From Okamejei kenojei (Eukaryota): a stretch of 64,000 bases of DNA. The translations under genes and the position numbers were made by a program. The notes beneath the pieces were generated by a model, which saw nothing but the letters and a program-made list of their open reading frames with translations, was not told the DNA's origin and searched no databases. The stretch lies in the NCBI GenBank assembly GCA_035221665.1, contig CM069145.1, positions 28,582,001 through 28,646,000 of the forward strand, written 5' to 3'. Shown piece after piece: positions 1 through 11,500 of the stretch (positions are counted from its first letter, which is position 1; every line of letters starts with the position of its first letter).

Positions 1-1452
1 CCTGGCCGCTACTGAACCTCACCCAACACATTGAGGACGGTTTTGAGTGCAAACTCATCACCGGAGCAGCTTTCATAGACCTCACCGCTGCCTACGACAC
101 TGTCCAGCACCGCACCATGATCAGGAAACTTTTTGACATGTCTGGTGACCTCGACCTGTGCCAGGTCATCAAAAGCCTTCTCAACAACAGGCGCTTCTTC
201 GTTCAACTAAACGACAAGAAGAGCAAATGGAAAGCCCAAAAGAATGGCCTACCACGAGGCAGCGTACTGGCCCCCCTCTTTCAACATCTACACCAACGAC
301 CAACCGCTTCCCCCACAATGCCGCCGCTTCATCTATGCTGATGACCTCTGCATCACCAGCCAACAGGAGAACTTCCAGAAGATCGAGTCTGTCCTGGAAA
401 ACGCCCTCCAAGAGACGACAACCTACTACAATAACAACCACCTGAAACCCAACCCATCAAAAACCCAACTATGCAGCTTCCACCTTAAAAATCGAGATGC
501 AGGAAAACAACTGAGCATCTCATGGGATGGCCACAAACTCTCCAACCACTTCCACCCCGTGTACCTCGGAGTCACACTCGACAGGACACTCTCTTTCAAA
601 ACCCACCTTCAGAACACCAAAGCCAAGGTCAACACTCGCAACAACATCCTGCGCAAACTGGTAAACTCAAAGTGGGGCGCTGATCCACCAACCATCCGTG
701 CAACTGCCCTAGCCCTGTGCTTCTCCACAGCTGAATACGCGTGCTCAAGCTGGAGCCGCTCCCACCACACCAAACTAGTTGACACAGCCCTCAACGACAC
801 CCGCCAAATTATCACGGGATGCATAAAGACAACACCAGTCCCGTGCCTCTACGCCCTAGCTGGTATTGCCCCCCCCCATATTAGATGATCCATCGTCGCC
901 AAAGATGAGCGGAGGGCACAGGAGATCGATACCAGGCACCCCCTGTATGGAGACACAGCACCTCCACCCCGACTGAAATCCAGAGCCAGTTTCTTGCAGA
1001 CAGTCCCACCTCTCCAGACAATCAAAGAAACAGCAAGGACCAACATCTGGAAAGATGAATGGAACCAGCTCAACACACGAGCCCACGACTGGATGGAGAG
1101 AGGAATCACTCCGACTGAATGCCTCGCCAGCGGGCACGACCTCCCCTGGCCAACCTGGAAGACCCTCAACAGATTACGAGTGGAGCAGGGGAGTTGCAAA
1201 GCACTTATGAAAGCATGGAACTACCAGGCAGAAGACACATGCAGCTGTGGAGCAGTAAAGACAATGTCCCACCTACTGGAGTGTGACGACGCCCCCCAGT
1301 GCAGCCCCCAGGACCAGTGACTCCAACTCTCCCGCTTTCGGCGGGAGAGTTGGAGTCACTGCAGGACCTGGCTGAACCGACCCGACCAGCTGTGACCTGC
1401 GCCAGATACTGGCAGAACGACATCTGAGATTGCAACAGACTCGAAGAAGAAG
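1..1452 (+). mobile_element. Vingi/Ingi-like (I group) non-LTR retrotransposon, 3' part: RT, C-terminal Cys/His motif and (GAA)n tail; pseudogenised
   Basis: RT motifs GLPRGSVLAP, FNIYTND, FIYADD, YLGVTLDRTL; WGAD..TIR..ALAL..AEY; LAGIAPP; LNRLR...CSCG...TMSHLLEC; no RNase H seen; frameshift near 275, stop at 886-888; tail gaagaagaaga at 1443-1453. Confidence 0.8.
1315..1361. mobile_element. 47-bp perfect hairpin insertion (mini-MITE) with 6-bp TSD
   Basis: CAGTGACTCCAACTCTCCCGC-tttcg-GCGGGAGAGTTGGAGTCACTG flanked by caggac at 1309-1314 and 1362-1367; removing it restores the LINE frame. Confidence 0.9.
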
Positions 1453-1507
1453 ACCCCCTTCACTCTTTCAGTTCACATGAACGGTCTCAACCTGATATTT
1501 GATGATA

Positions 1508-1804
1508 CAAGGAAATGCAGATGCTGGTTTACAAAATAAATGATACAAAGTGCTGGAGTAACTCAACGGGTCAGGCAACATCTCTGGAGAACATGGATAG
1601 CTGATTTCAGATCAGGACAATTCTTCAGCCTGCCTGAATCTTCAGATGCTGCTTGATCTGCTGAGTTATTCCAGAACTTAGTGTCTGTTTTGCGTCAACC
1701 TAATACTTTCCCTCCACAGATACTGCCTGACCAAATGAATTCTTCCACCATTTTGTTTTTTTTTTTGCTCCAGATTCCAGCATCTGCAATCTCTTGTGTC
1801 TCCA
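1508..1804. repeat. Penelope-derived repeat, diverged, partly palindromic
   Basis: gcagatgctgg...tgctggagtaactca..gggtcaggca motif and its reverse complement. Confidence 0.6.
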
Positions 1805-1924
1805 TATAAAAGGACAACTTTCTAACATAGACATCACAGCTCACAGCTCCTGAGACCAATTCTGACTGGGCTCTGTCTATACAGAGGTTGACATGTTCTC
1901 CCCGTGAAATAGAATTAGTGTTGA

Positions 1925-2275
1925 ATAATGAAAGGCATGAATAGAGTGGATGCAGAGTGGATGTTTACACTAGCATAAGAGTCGAGGACCATAGGGCACA
2001 GCTTCCGAATAAAAGGACCATACCTTTAGAAAGAGATGAGGTGGAATTTCTTTAGCCAGAGGTTGATGAATCTGTGGAATTCATGGTTACTGTGGAGACC
2101 AAGTCCTCGGGTATTTTTAAAGTGGAGATCGTTAGGTACTTGATTAGTAGTCAAAGATTACAGGGATAAAGCAGGAAAGTGTGGTTGCGAGGGATAGATA
2201 GATCAGCCACGATTAAATGTGTAGTAGACTTGATGGGCTGAATGGCCATATTGTGCTCCCATGACTTTTGAACTG
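1925..2275 (+). mobile_element. CR1 LINE 3' fragment
   Basis: aatctgtggaattc...gatcagccacgatt..gggctgaatggcc, typical CR1 3' end shared with other copies in the window. Confidence 0.75.
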
Positions 2276-2428
2276 TGATCTACGGTCAGTGTGAACTTGG
2301 ACTGAACAGCCTGACTCCATGCTGTATCACTAAACTACACATACAGTGCATAGACCCATTAGGAATTATTAATATTTAATAAGGAATCCATTCATCTCAA
2401 ACATTTGATTGTTGATTTATGCTCTTAC

Positions 2429-2558
2429 ATGCGCACCCTGCTGAATCATAACGATGCCTGAATGGATGATCGGCAGAGAGAGTGTGTGATGCCAAGCGGG
2501 CCAGCTTCTCTTTCTCCAACTCTTCCTTCAGGATCAGTTTCCCAAGGCCTGACTGGAT
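2429..2558 (-). CDS. ABLIM1: ABLIM1 exon: [43 protein letters not shown]
   Basis: [11 protein letters not shown] motif, ggcag acceptor. Donor T|gtaaga (phase 1) is preferred, but GG|gtgcgc at about 2437 cannot be excluded. Confidence 0.88.
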
Positions 2559-5500
2559 CTGCCAATGTAGAAAGAACAGTTGCAGAAATAAACAGACCAA
2601 TCTCTCCCAATAGTAACCATTGCAGCATCAGTGAGTAGAAGCTTCTGTGCTGAGCCTGCCTAAACATGGCTTGATTTTTTCCCCTGTGAACTATGTTCCT
2701 ATTTGAACATATTTTTCTTTGAACTGTTTCAATAAACAAGATTACAAGTGGTGGTATGTTGTGGGCATGAGTACAAGACAAACAATTCTATTTTGATTTA
2801 AGAATTAATTTCCTTTCCATTAACCTTAGCAATGCTGAATGAGAACTATATTAACCAGAGTCTGTATAAGATAGTCTTTTTCTGTTATTTTTTTCAATTA
2901 TGATAATTGATCAATTGAAACCAAAAGAGAGAAAACTTGTATTTATGTGGTCTTCAGAATCTCATAATATCACATTTTCTTTTGCGAAATAAGTACATCT
3001 GAAATAAAAAATAACGTTGTGTTTCAGTCAATGATTGAGGAACAAAAGGCATGTGGATAACTGTTTTATTCTTTGAACAAATCCATGGATGCCTTGAAAT
3101 TAGATTTCACCTCTATCAGGCATCTAATTAGCAACCCTTCCATCCTGAAGATTCTGAAGTCATCCTGAAGTCTGAAGAATGTTTTCGACCCAAAACGTCA
3201 CCTATTCCTTTTGTCCAGAAATGCTGTCTGACCTGCTGAGTTACTTCAGCTTTTTGTGTTTATCATCCTCCCTCTATACATCCCTCCCCAACCCAAGGCG
3301 TACCAGCTTCAATGTCGTCTGGTTGAGTTTCATCGTCTGTACGTGTTCACCCAGTACACAGCTTACAATGGCCTGTTTACTATTATTATTGTTACTTTTA
3401 TGCATATCTTTCATTCATTTGTTCTATATCTCCCTTCATCACCGTCTATATCTCTCGTTTCCCTCTCCCCAGACTCTCAGCCTGAAGAAGGGTTGACCTG
3501 AAACTTCACCTATTCCTTTTCCCCAGAGATGCTGTCTGACCCGCTGAGTTACTCCAGCAGTTTATGTCTATCCAGTTTAAATCAGCATATGCAGTTCCTT
3601 CTTTCATATCAAATTAGGCACCATGTTTTGCCACGAATGACAGATTAGGTATCTCCCAAAATAAAAAATCACAAAATTATGATATCCTTGTTTAAAAAAA
3701 TAATTATTGTTGTTTAAGCAATCTCTACAATTAAGCAGGCAACTGCAATGTGTGCTGTGTGACTGGTCCATTGGCTCGGGGGAATTTAATCAATAATGGT
3801 AGGTCATCTTGAGAATGAGGGGGAACTGGGTTGACATGGATGGGAGATGCAAATTGTGGTGGTGGTGGTGGGAAGGAACTAGGGGGCGGCACGGTGCCAC
3901 ACCGTGCCAGCGACCCCGGTTCGATCCTGACTACGGGTGCTGTCTGTACGGAGTTTGCACATTCTTCTTGTGATCGCGCGGATTTTCCCCGGGTGCTCCA
4001 GTTTCCTTCCACACTCTAAAGATGTACATGGTTATAGGTTAATTGGCTTCAGTAAAGATTGTAAATTGTCCCTTGTGTGTAGGACAGTGTGAGTGTGTGA
4101 GGTGATCGCCGGTCGGCGTAGACTCGGTGGGCCGAAGGGCCTGTTTCCGTGCTGTATCACTAAACTAAACTAAGCAGGGGGGAGGGTGTCCAGGATAACG
4201 TAGCAGAGGAGGTTGAGAAGAATGAGTAAAATGAATATCATGGGCAGCACGGTGATGTGCTGGAAGAGCTACTGCCTTCAAATCTGAATCAGGACTCTTG
4301 TCTGTACGGAGTTTGTACGTTCTCCCCGTGACTTGTGTGGGTTCTTCTCCGAGATCTTCGGTTTCCTCCCATACTTCAAAATCCTACAAGTTGTAGGTTA
4401 ATTGGCTTGGAATAAAATATAAAATTGTCGCTGGTGTGTAGAGTGGTGTTAACGTGCGGGGATCGCTGGTCAGCGCGGATTCAGTGGGTCGAAGGACCTG
4501 TTTTCGCGCTGTATCTCTAAACTAAACATTGCTAATGTTATCACAGACAATTCATGCACCTTTAAAATGACATCTATTTTAGAGTGTATACCCTCAAGCA
4601 CCTTTTTTCTTTGGGGGTTTTGGGGAGACAGGAAATGGCCATCAATAAAGCATACAATTTAATTTATTGTTTTCTCCTTCACGCTTAATAAACTAGTACA
4701 AATGGGTGCAATTTTTGGGCAGTGGTAATTGATATTCACCTTTGAGGAAAGAAAGGGACACAACATGCTCTGGGTTATGCTGAAGTTTGCTCATTGAAGT
4801 TCATTATAGCTACAATGATAACATCACAAAGTGATGCAATTAATATTAAATTGAACAGTTGGACGAGGGAAATAATACTGGCAACAACAAAAAGTAAAAC
4901 AAACCATTCAAAATATACTAATCTGAAAGTTGCCTCGAACAGAAAAATTGTGCCTTATATGTACTGTTCAACAAAATTAATTTGTGATAGAAGCAAGACA
5001 GAAATGACAAAGATACTCTTCATATCAGTTTAGCCCCATTGGACACAAAGCAAACATAGCTCCCTGCACACATAAACATTAATTATTGATTCCTCATTCA
5101 TCATGTTAAGGTGGATGTTGTAGTTTGTCGTTTGTGGTGCCTTTACCCATACACAACTAAAAGTTCTTCTTATAGTATATTTTAATTTTAACAGCTCAAG
5201 TACACAAACCAAACTTACTTTATTGAGTTGCTCCTCCTGCAGTTGTCTGCGTCGAAGTTTTTCCTCATCCTCCTCTTCTCGCTCGCTGCCTCTCCTCCTG
5301 TCTGTTCCTGACAGTCACAAAATACAACTTTGAAAATCTGAGATACATAAAGTGCCAGAGGGACAGTGTTTCCATAGGTCAGATCAAAGAGAGCTGAAGT
5401 CCACAATCTCCCTGGTGGCATGGTTGCATTTCAGAAGATGCTTGTGGAGAGCTACTTTAATAGAACTGGATTGTAGGCTTTCAAAATAATTTTCTCTCCA

Positions 5501-8500
5501 GAAAAGATATATAGGGCGACTTTTATCAAGTGCATGAATCTGGCAGGTGCTGTGACTGTGCCCCCATCACCCAATCCTGATTCTACTCAAGTGGTTCAGC
5601 CTTTGGTGTGCTGAGTGTCAAGTGGGGCATCTGACTCAGCTATAATGCAAGGCAGGCTGTAAATGTAGGTTTCAAGACCTGAGCAAGGGGCATAATTACT
5701 GTACTAGTTCCCCAGAATGACGAGGTGTCTTCCTCCAAATCCCATACAATTAAAGTAGGATTTTTGTTTGTGGAACAGAGAGGACTTTTAAAGACTAGGA
5801 CCAGGCTAGGATCAATAAGCTTTGGACATACAGCATGGAAATAGGCTCTTTGGTTCACCAAGTCCATTCCGACCAGCGATCACCCTGTACACTCAGAACT
5901 ATCCTACACACTAGGCAACAATTTACAGTGTTTACAGAAGCCAATTAACCTACAAACATGTATGTCTTTGGAGTGTGGGAGGAAAGCCAGAGCACCTGGA
6001 GAAAACCCATGTGGTCATGGGGAGAACTCCGTACAGCTCCGTACAGACAGTACCCAGAGTCAGGATCGAACCCGGGTCTTTGGCGCTGTAAGGCAGCAAT
6101 TCTAAAGTTGCGCCACTGTGCTACCCTCAGCTAGGGTACATGTCCACCCCACTCACAATTCAATGATCACTGCGCCAACACTCTGTCTTGAGTGTAGGAC
6201 CACAATTTAAATTTACTTTCTCTCCACTGTAGGGGAAAGGGTTGGGTACCCAGTAGGAGGTTATGTCTGCCTTCACAGTCAATTAACTTTCCAATATAAA
6301 TGAGATGTAGGTATAGCATGGTAGTTTGCATTGATTCACTATTAAAAGGAAGAAACACCTTCTATGTCACAAAATACACTCATCCTAAACCAATGCACCT
6401 GGAAATATCCTTTATTTTCTTCAAGATTTCAAAGCTAAATATAAAGGTCAATAGGATTTCATAAGACCCAACAAAAATTATCTCGACATATTTTTTTTTT
6501 ACACATGCAGTTAAGAGTTTTGCTTGTCACTTGTGATGACTTGCAACTGAACCAACAACAAAGTGTCTCAACAATACTGAAGTACTATATTTAAGCTGCT
6601 GCATAAGTTTGACATTGACATGTGCTTGAATTAGTCAAAGACAATATTCACAGGTGCGTGAGGAACAGCGAGTAGCAACACAGTGTAGTCACAGTGGTAG
6701 GAGAAAAGTTTATGATAGTAAACATTTACCTTTCTCACATCTTAATTCTGCTTCTAAAGAATCTGTGCTAAAATATCAAAAAGTTTAATCTACAATAAAG
6801 ACTCAGCAAAGAGCCTGGGCCGAGAGAAAACGTGGTTTGTATAAACTGTACCAGTTGACATATTCAACCACATTAAGCAGATGGGAGAAGCTGCTGTCGT
6901 TTGTTTTGAAGGAAATCCGTGGTTTGAGGGAAGCTGGAGAAAAATCCCTACAAACTAAAAGCGATGTACAATTACATGAGAAACACAAGGTCAATTTACG
7001 GACACCAGACTCGCAGTGATGGCAAAGAATGAAATCAGTCAACCAGAGTGGTGAAGACTTTTGGAACATAAAATAGTAATAATGCAGAATCTAAAAGACT
7101 AATTCTAAAAAAAGATTAATTGACTTAAGTTCCAAAATTAAAACCTTATCAATTAATCCGTAGTGCAGACCATTTAAATGCTCTCAGAGCCCAGATGACA
7201 TGCCTTCTGCAGAGGTAATGATAAATCAGAGTTGCTTCTAGTTTTAGGACAATGTTTTGTGACAGTTTTCTTGAAAAAATGTTCACTCCATAAAAGAAAA
7301 CCAAAGGGACATTTGTGAGATGAAAACAAGTTGTGAAGGCAAACTTACAGAGACCCTGGCTTGAAAGTCTCTTTCCTTCATCTGGAGAAGAACCACAGGG
7401 CAAGTGCACCTCAAAGATCAGTGCATTCCCGACTTTGCACCTGCGCATGGCAGTGCAGCAGCATGAAATGCACTGGAGGTTAGACTCCATTGTTACTAAA
7501 GGGCCTGTCCCACTTGGGCGTTATTTGCGCATCATGCAGATGGCGAGTGAAGATTTTGTACATCCCAAAATCCTGGAGCGCCACGCGCAACCGCGTGTCA
7601 CTGCCTACGTCACCAAGCGCGCATCACGTGAGCATCACGACGCATGCGTCGTGCGTCATGACGCGTAAATGATGTCACGTAAATGATGCGGAAATGACGC
7701 CGAAGTGGGATAGGCCCTTACGTTATAAAGCAAAGACTGGGTAGAATAGTTGCAGTTGTGACTGAACTAGTAACTGGAAGTCTGGACCAAGGGCGAGACA
7801 GGAGTTTAAATATCACTACAGAATTTAGAGCCAATAATTAAATATATCTGAAGAAAAATAAATGAATAAAACACAAGTCTTTGTCATGGTAACTTTGAAA
7901 CAATGGTTTGTTGAAATAACCCATCTGATTCACCAATGTTTTATTAGGGGAAATTGGCTGTATTGTAATTTGGTCTTTATGTGATCTGAAAGCATTGTAA
8001 GGAGGTTGGTGTTTAACTGCCCTCTGAAATGACCTGGCATGTCATCCAACTCAGGGGCAATGAGGATTAGGCAATAACTACCAGCCTAAACAGAAGCATC
8101 CATGAACATTTACAAAATAAAGTTTCAATGAAAAGAAACCAATGAAGAATTTAAATGGTACTGCACAGTAGGCTTTCACCTTTCGCTTGCATGACATGAC
8201 ATATGAAGATGCATCAATGTAACTTCTGGTCAGACCAGAAAAACCTGTTTGCTGTGAATTATATAGTTTTATATTATTTAGAAAGTGTTTTATTTTAAAG
8301 AACGAACAATAAAAAAAATTGAGAGATTTTAAAATGTTGGAGAAATTCATCTTTACCATTTTAGTTTTTGCCACGGTTAGCCTGAAAACATTATTTCCTT
8401 TAACCTGAGAAGACAGCAAGGTTTTAAAAGTAACGAATGAACTGCAAGGCCCATGCATCAGGCTTTTCTCATACCTATTGTACCAGGGCCTGGCCAGTAG

Positions 8501-11500
8501 TCAGTCTCCACCTCAGAAGTCTGATCGGGGTCTGGAGCGTGGGCGGCTGGGAACTTGGATGACTTGATGATCTCCACGCCTGTCTTGAGTTGTGCTGCCA
8601 TTGCATCTGCATCTAGAGTGGTAATCAGTGGGAACTCAGCACGTGTTATGCGTCAGTATAGACTGTGGGGTTCCCCATCAATCCGCTGCAGGCCTTCGCT
8701 AATTAGAGCGCTAATCATGAAATGCCATAGTTGCAAACAAAAATATTGCATCGTTTTGGCAGAGAGTTATCACATTCAAATCTAGTCCTGCAAGCAAATC
8801 ATCATCCTGGTCATTTTATAATTGATTAGTTTTGAAGATAAGCCGTAATGCAGATTACCAACACATTTAATGTAAAGTTTACGAGACCTGATGTTGTAGA
8901 ACCTGTTATACTCAGAATAATGTGCGCCTGATATACGAGAAGTAATTCCTAAAAATGCTGTCTGTAAAAACCCAATATTTACTTTGTTTAACACACACTG
9001 TGCCTTGATTTAAATGTATATGGCCATTGTTTTGTACATATTTTTTTTCCCCAAAACAATTTGCAAAAAGCACCGTGAGTCAGGGGTTTAAGATGTTGAC
9101 AAGTATAAAGGTAACTTTTTGTTGAAAATAAATCCTCTAATTCCTAGGGAAGAGAATGCAGAAATAGCAAAGTTACTATATTTTCCAATTCAATCTTTGA
9201 GCAAGGTTCCTTAGTGGGCATGCGAGACCAGTGAGCTGACCTTAAACAAACAAAGTCAACATCTCTGATTGAGGTTATTTTACATTATTTTATTGTATTA
9301 TTCTTTCCATCCACGATGATCACCATCTTGGTCCTCGTAAGCCTCAGAACTCCACCACTGGAACAGGGACAATCTGGCAGTGCTTTCCCCAAAAACGTCC
9401 CTGTTCAGTTAAACTTTGCTCTTTAACAGCTTGCCTTTGGGAAATTGTTCACCTATTGCCAGGAAAGGAGAGGCACCCTAGTCACTTCTACACACTGGTC
9501 TATTGCTCTTAGTGCTCATAAATTTGTAAGTTCTAGGAGCAGAATTAGGCCATTCGGCCCATCAAGTTTACTCCGTCATTCAATCATGGCTAATATATCT
9601 TTCCTTCTCACCCCCATGTCTCCTGCCTTCACCCCATCACCCCTGAAACCTTTGCTAATCGAGATTACAATGCTCTTACAATGGCAGAACCTGGTGGAAA
9701 TTGACAAATCACCCATCAGCATGAAGGTTCTGATCAATGAGCAGTGTGATGAGTGCATTATGAGTGATCTCATTGCCTCAAAAATTCAGTTTGTGATTAA
9801 TCCTGGACCTTGTCAAAGATCTGGCTCAGTACCATCCTCCTCAGTTTGTTTGCCTTCAGACTGAATGTATATTCACGGTTATCTGATTATAGTCCCTCCA
9901 ACTTCAGCAACAAATGTCTCGGAGGAAATCGCACACGCTGATAGTAGATAAGGCAGAGTCCTGATTCTCTGATCTTATTGCCTTTGAGCCAGCTCCCTAC
10001 TGCTGTCGCACCAGTAGACGGGTAAATTTACACTTTAATTTCCTGTTATACATCCCCATCTGTGGTGCAGATGGTGGCTTATATCCTGGATATATTTTAA
10101 TAATTTGTAGGCTTTTTAATTAAATCAGCAAGTTATGACCAACTAGAACATGTTTAGTGTTGCATGATATCACCTCTGCATTACCAATCCAAACCCTGAG
10201 TTTTAGTGGAATGGTGGCACAGCTAATGGAGCTGCTGTCTCACAGCTCTAGCAACCAGAGTTCAATCTTGCTGTTGGAGCTTGGCTCACAGCCTCGTTGG
10301 AGGTGACAGTGTTGGATTCAGATTAGGAACACAGAAATTTTGGGGTTTTTTTTTGGGGGGGTGTTTAAGGAATAACGTAGAGAGATCTTTGAGGGATCAG
10401 AGAGTTGAGAGGATGAGTTCAGTGAGGGTGTGGGGTGAGGAGGGACGCTTAGTTTAGTTTAGAAATACAGCGTGGAAACAGGTCCTTCTGCCCACCGAGT
10501 CCACGCCGACCAGCGATCACTCCAACACTAGTTCTATTCTATACACTGGGGACAATTTACAGAAGCCAATTAACCTACAAACATGGACGTCTTAGGAAGG
10601 TGGGAGGGAACCAGAGCACTCTGGGGAAATCCACGCGGTCACAGGGAAAACATAAATCTCCACCCAGACAGCTCCCGTAGTCAGGATCAAACCTGGGTCT
10701 CTGACGCTGTAAGGCAGCAAATGTACTGCTGTGCCGTCCCTAAGAGGCATTGTAAGGCCCGAGGAAGCGGCAAGTATGGAACATCCCGAGCTCCGAGCTG
10801 CACCTGGACATTGGAAGCCTTGCTATTAAAGCATGGTTATTCCAAACTCAGAGCATCAAATAAGGAGAAGTTGGCAAGGAATGACATTGCTCCATGTGCA
10901 GCCAACAGGGAAATCACATAATCTGTATATGATCGATCGTGACTAGAATGCCCAGCTGATTTTTTTTTAATCCTACAATTTGACCAGTTGATGGTGACAA
11001 CAATGTTCCATCCTGATAGTAACCAATTTTTACAAAAGCAGCTTTGAGGAAAAAAAAGCAGTTTTAAATATAATAATGGAAGATGACCAGCTCGCTCATG
11101 CTCATCTAATAGACTGTTAGTGCCCTCTGGTGGACCAGATTGTAAGAACTCATCAGTTCCATTTTCTAAGGCCTCCTTCTGAGGGTGATGGTCAAGTGCT
11201 TTTAATGGGGAAAATAGATTCCTTTTACTAACATAATCCTGAGATAAGTGAACGGCATGGATGGAAAAAGAGGGAATTTAGTATTTTTTCCCCATAATTT
11301 GATAAATTCATCAATTCATCCCTATTGGGAAGTCTTATTCCAATAGGAAATAAGTTGTGTGATTGCTGCCATTGTGGGACCAATCTACTTTCTCTTTGAA
11401 AGTGATTGATTGCACAATTTAAGAATATTCGATTTATTCTAGCAAAAAAGTTAAAGATTGATTAGAAAACAAAGCTTAAAAGACTCTTTTCTTCAATTTA

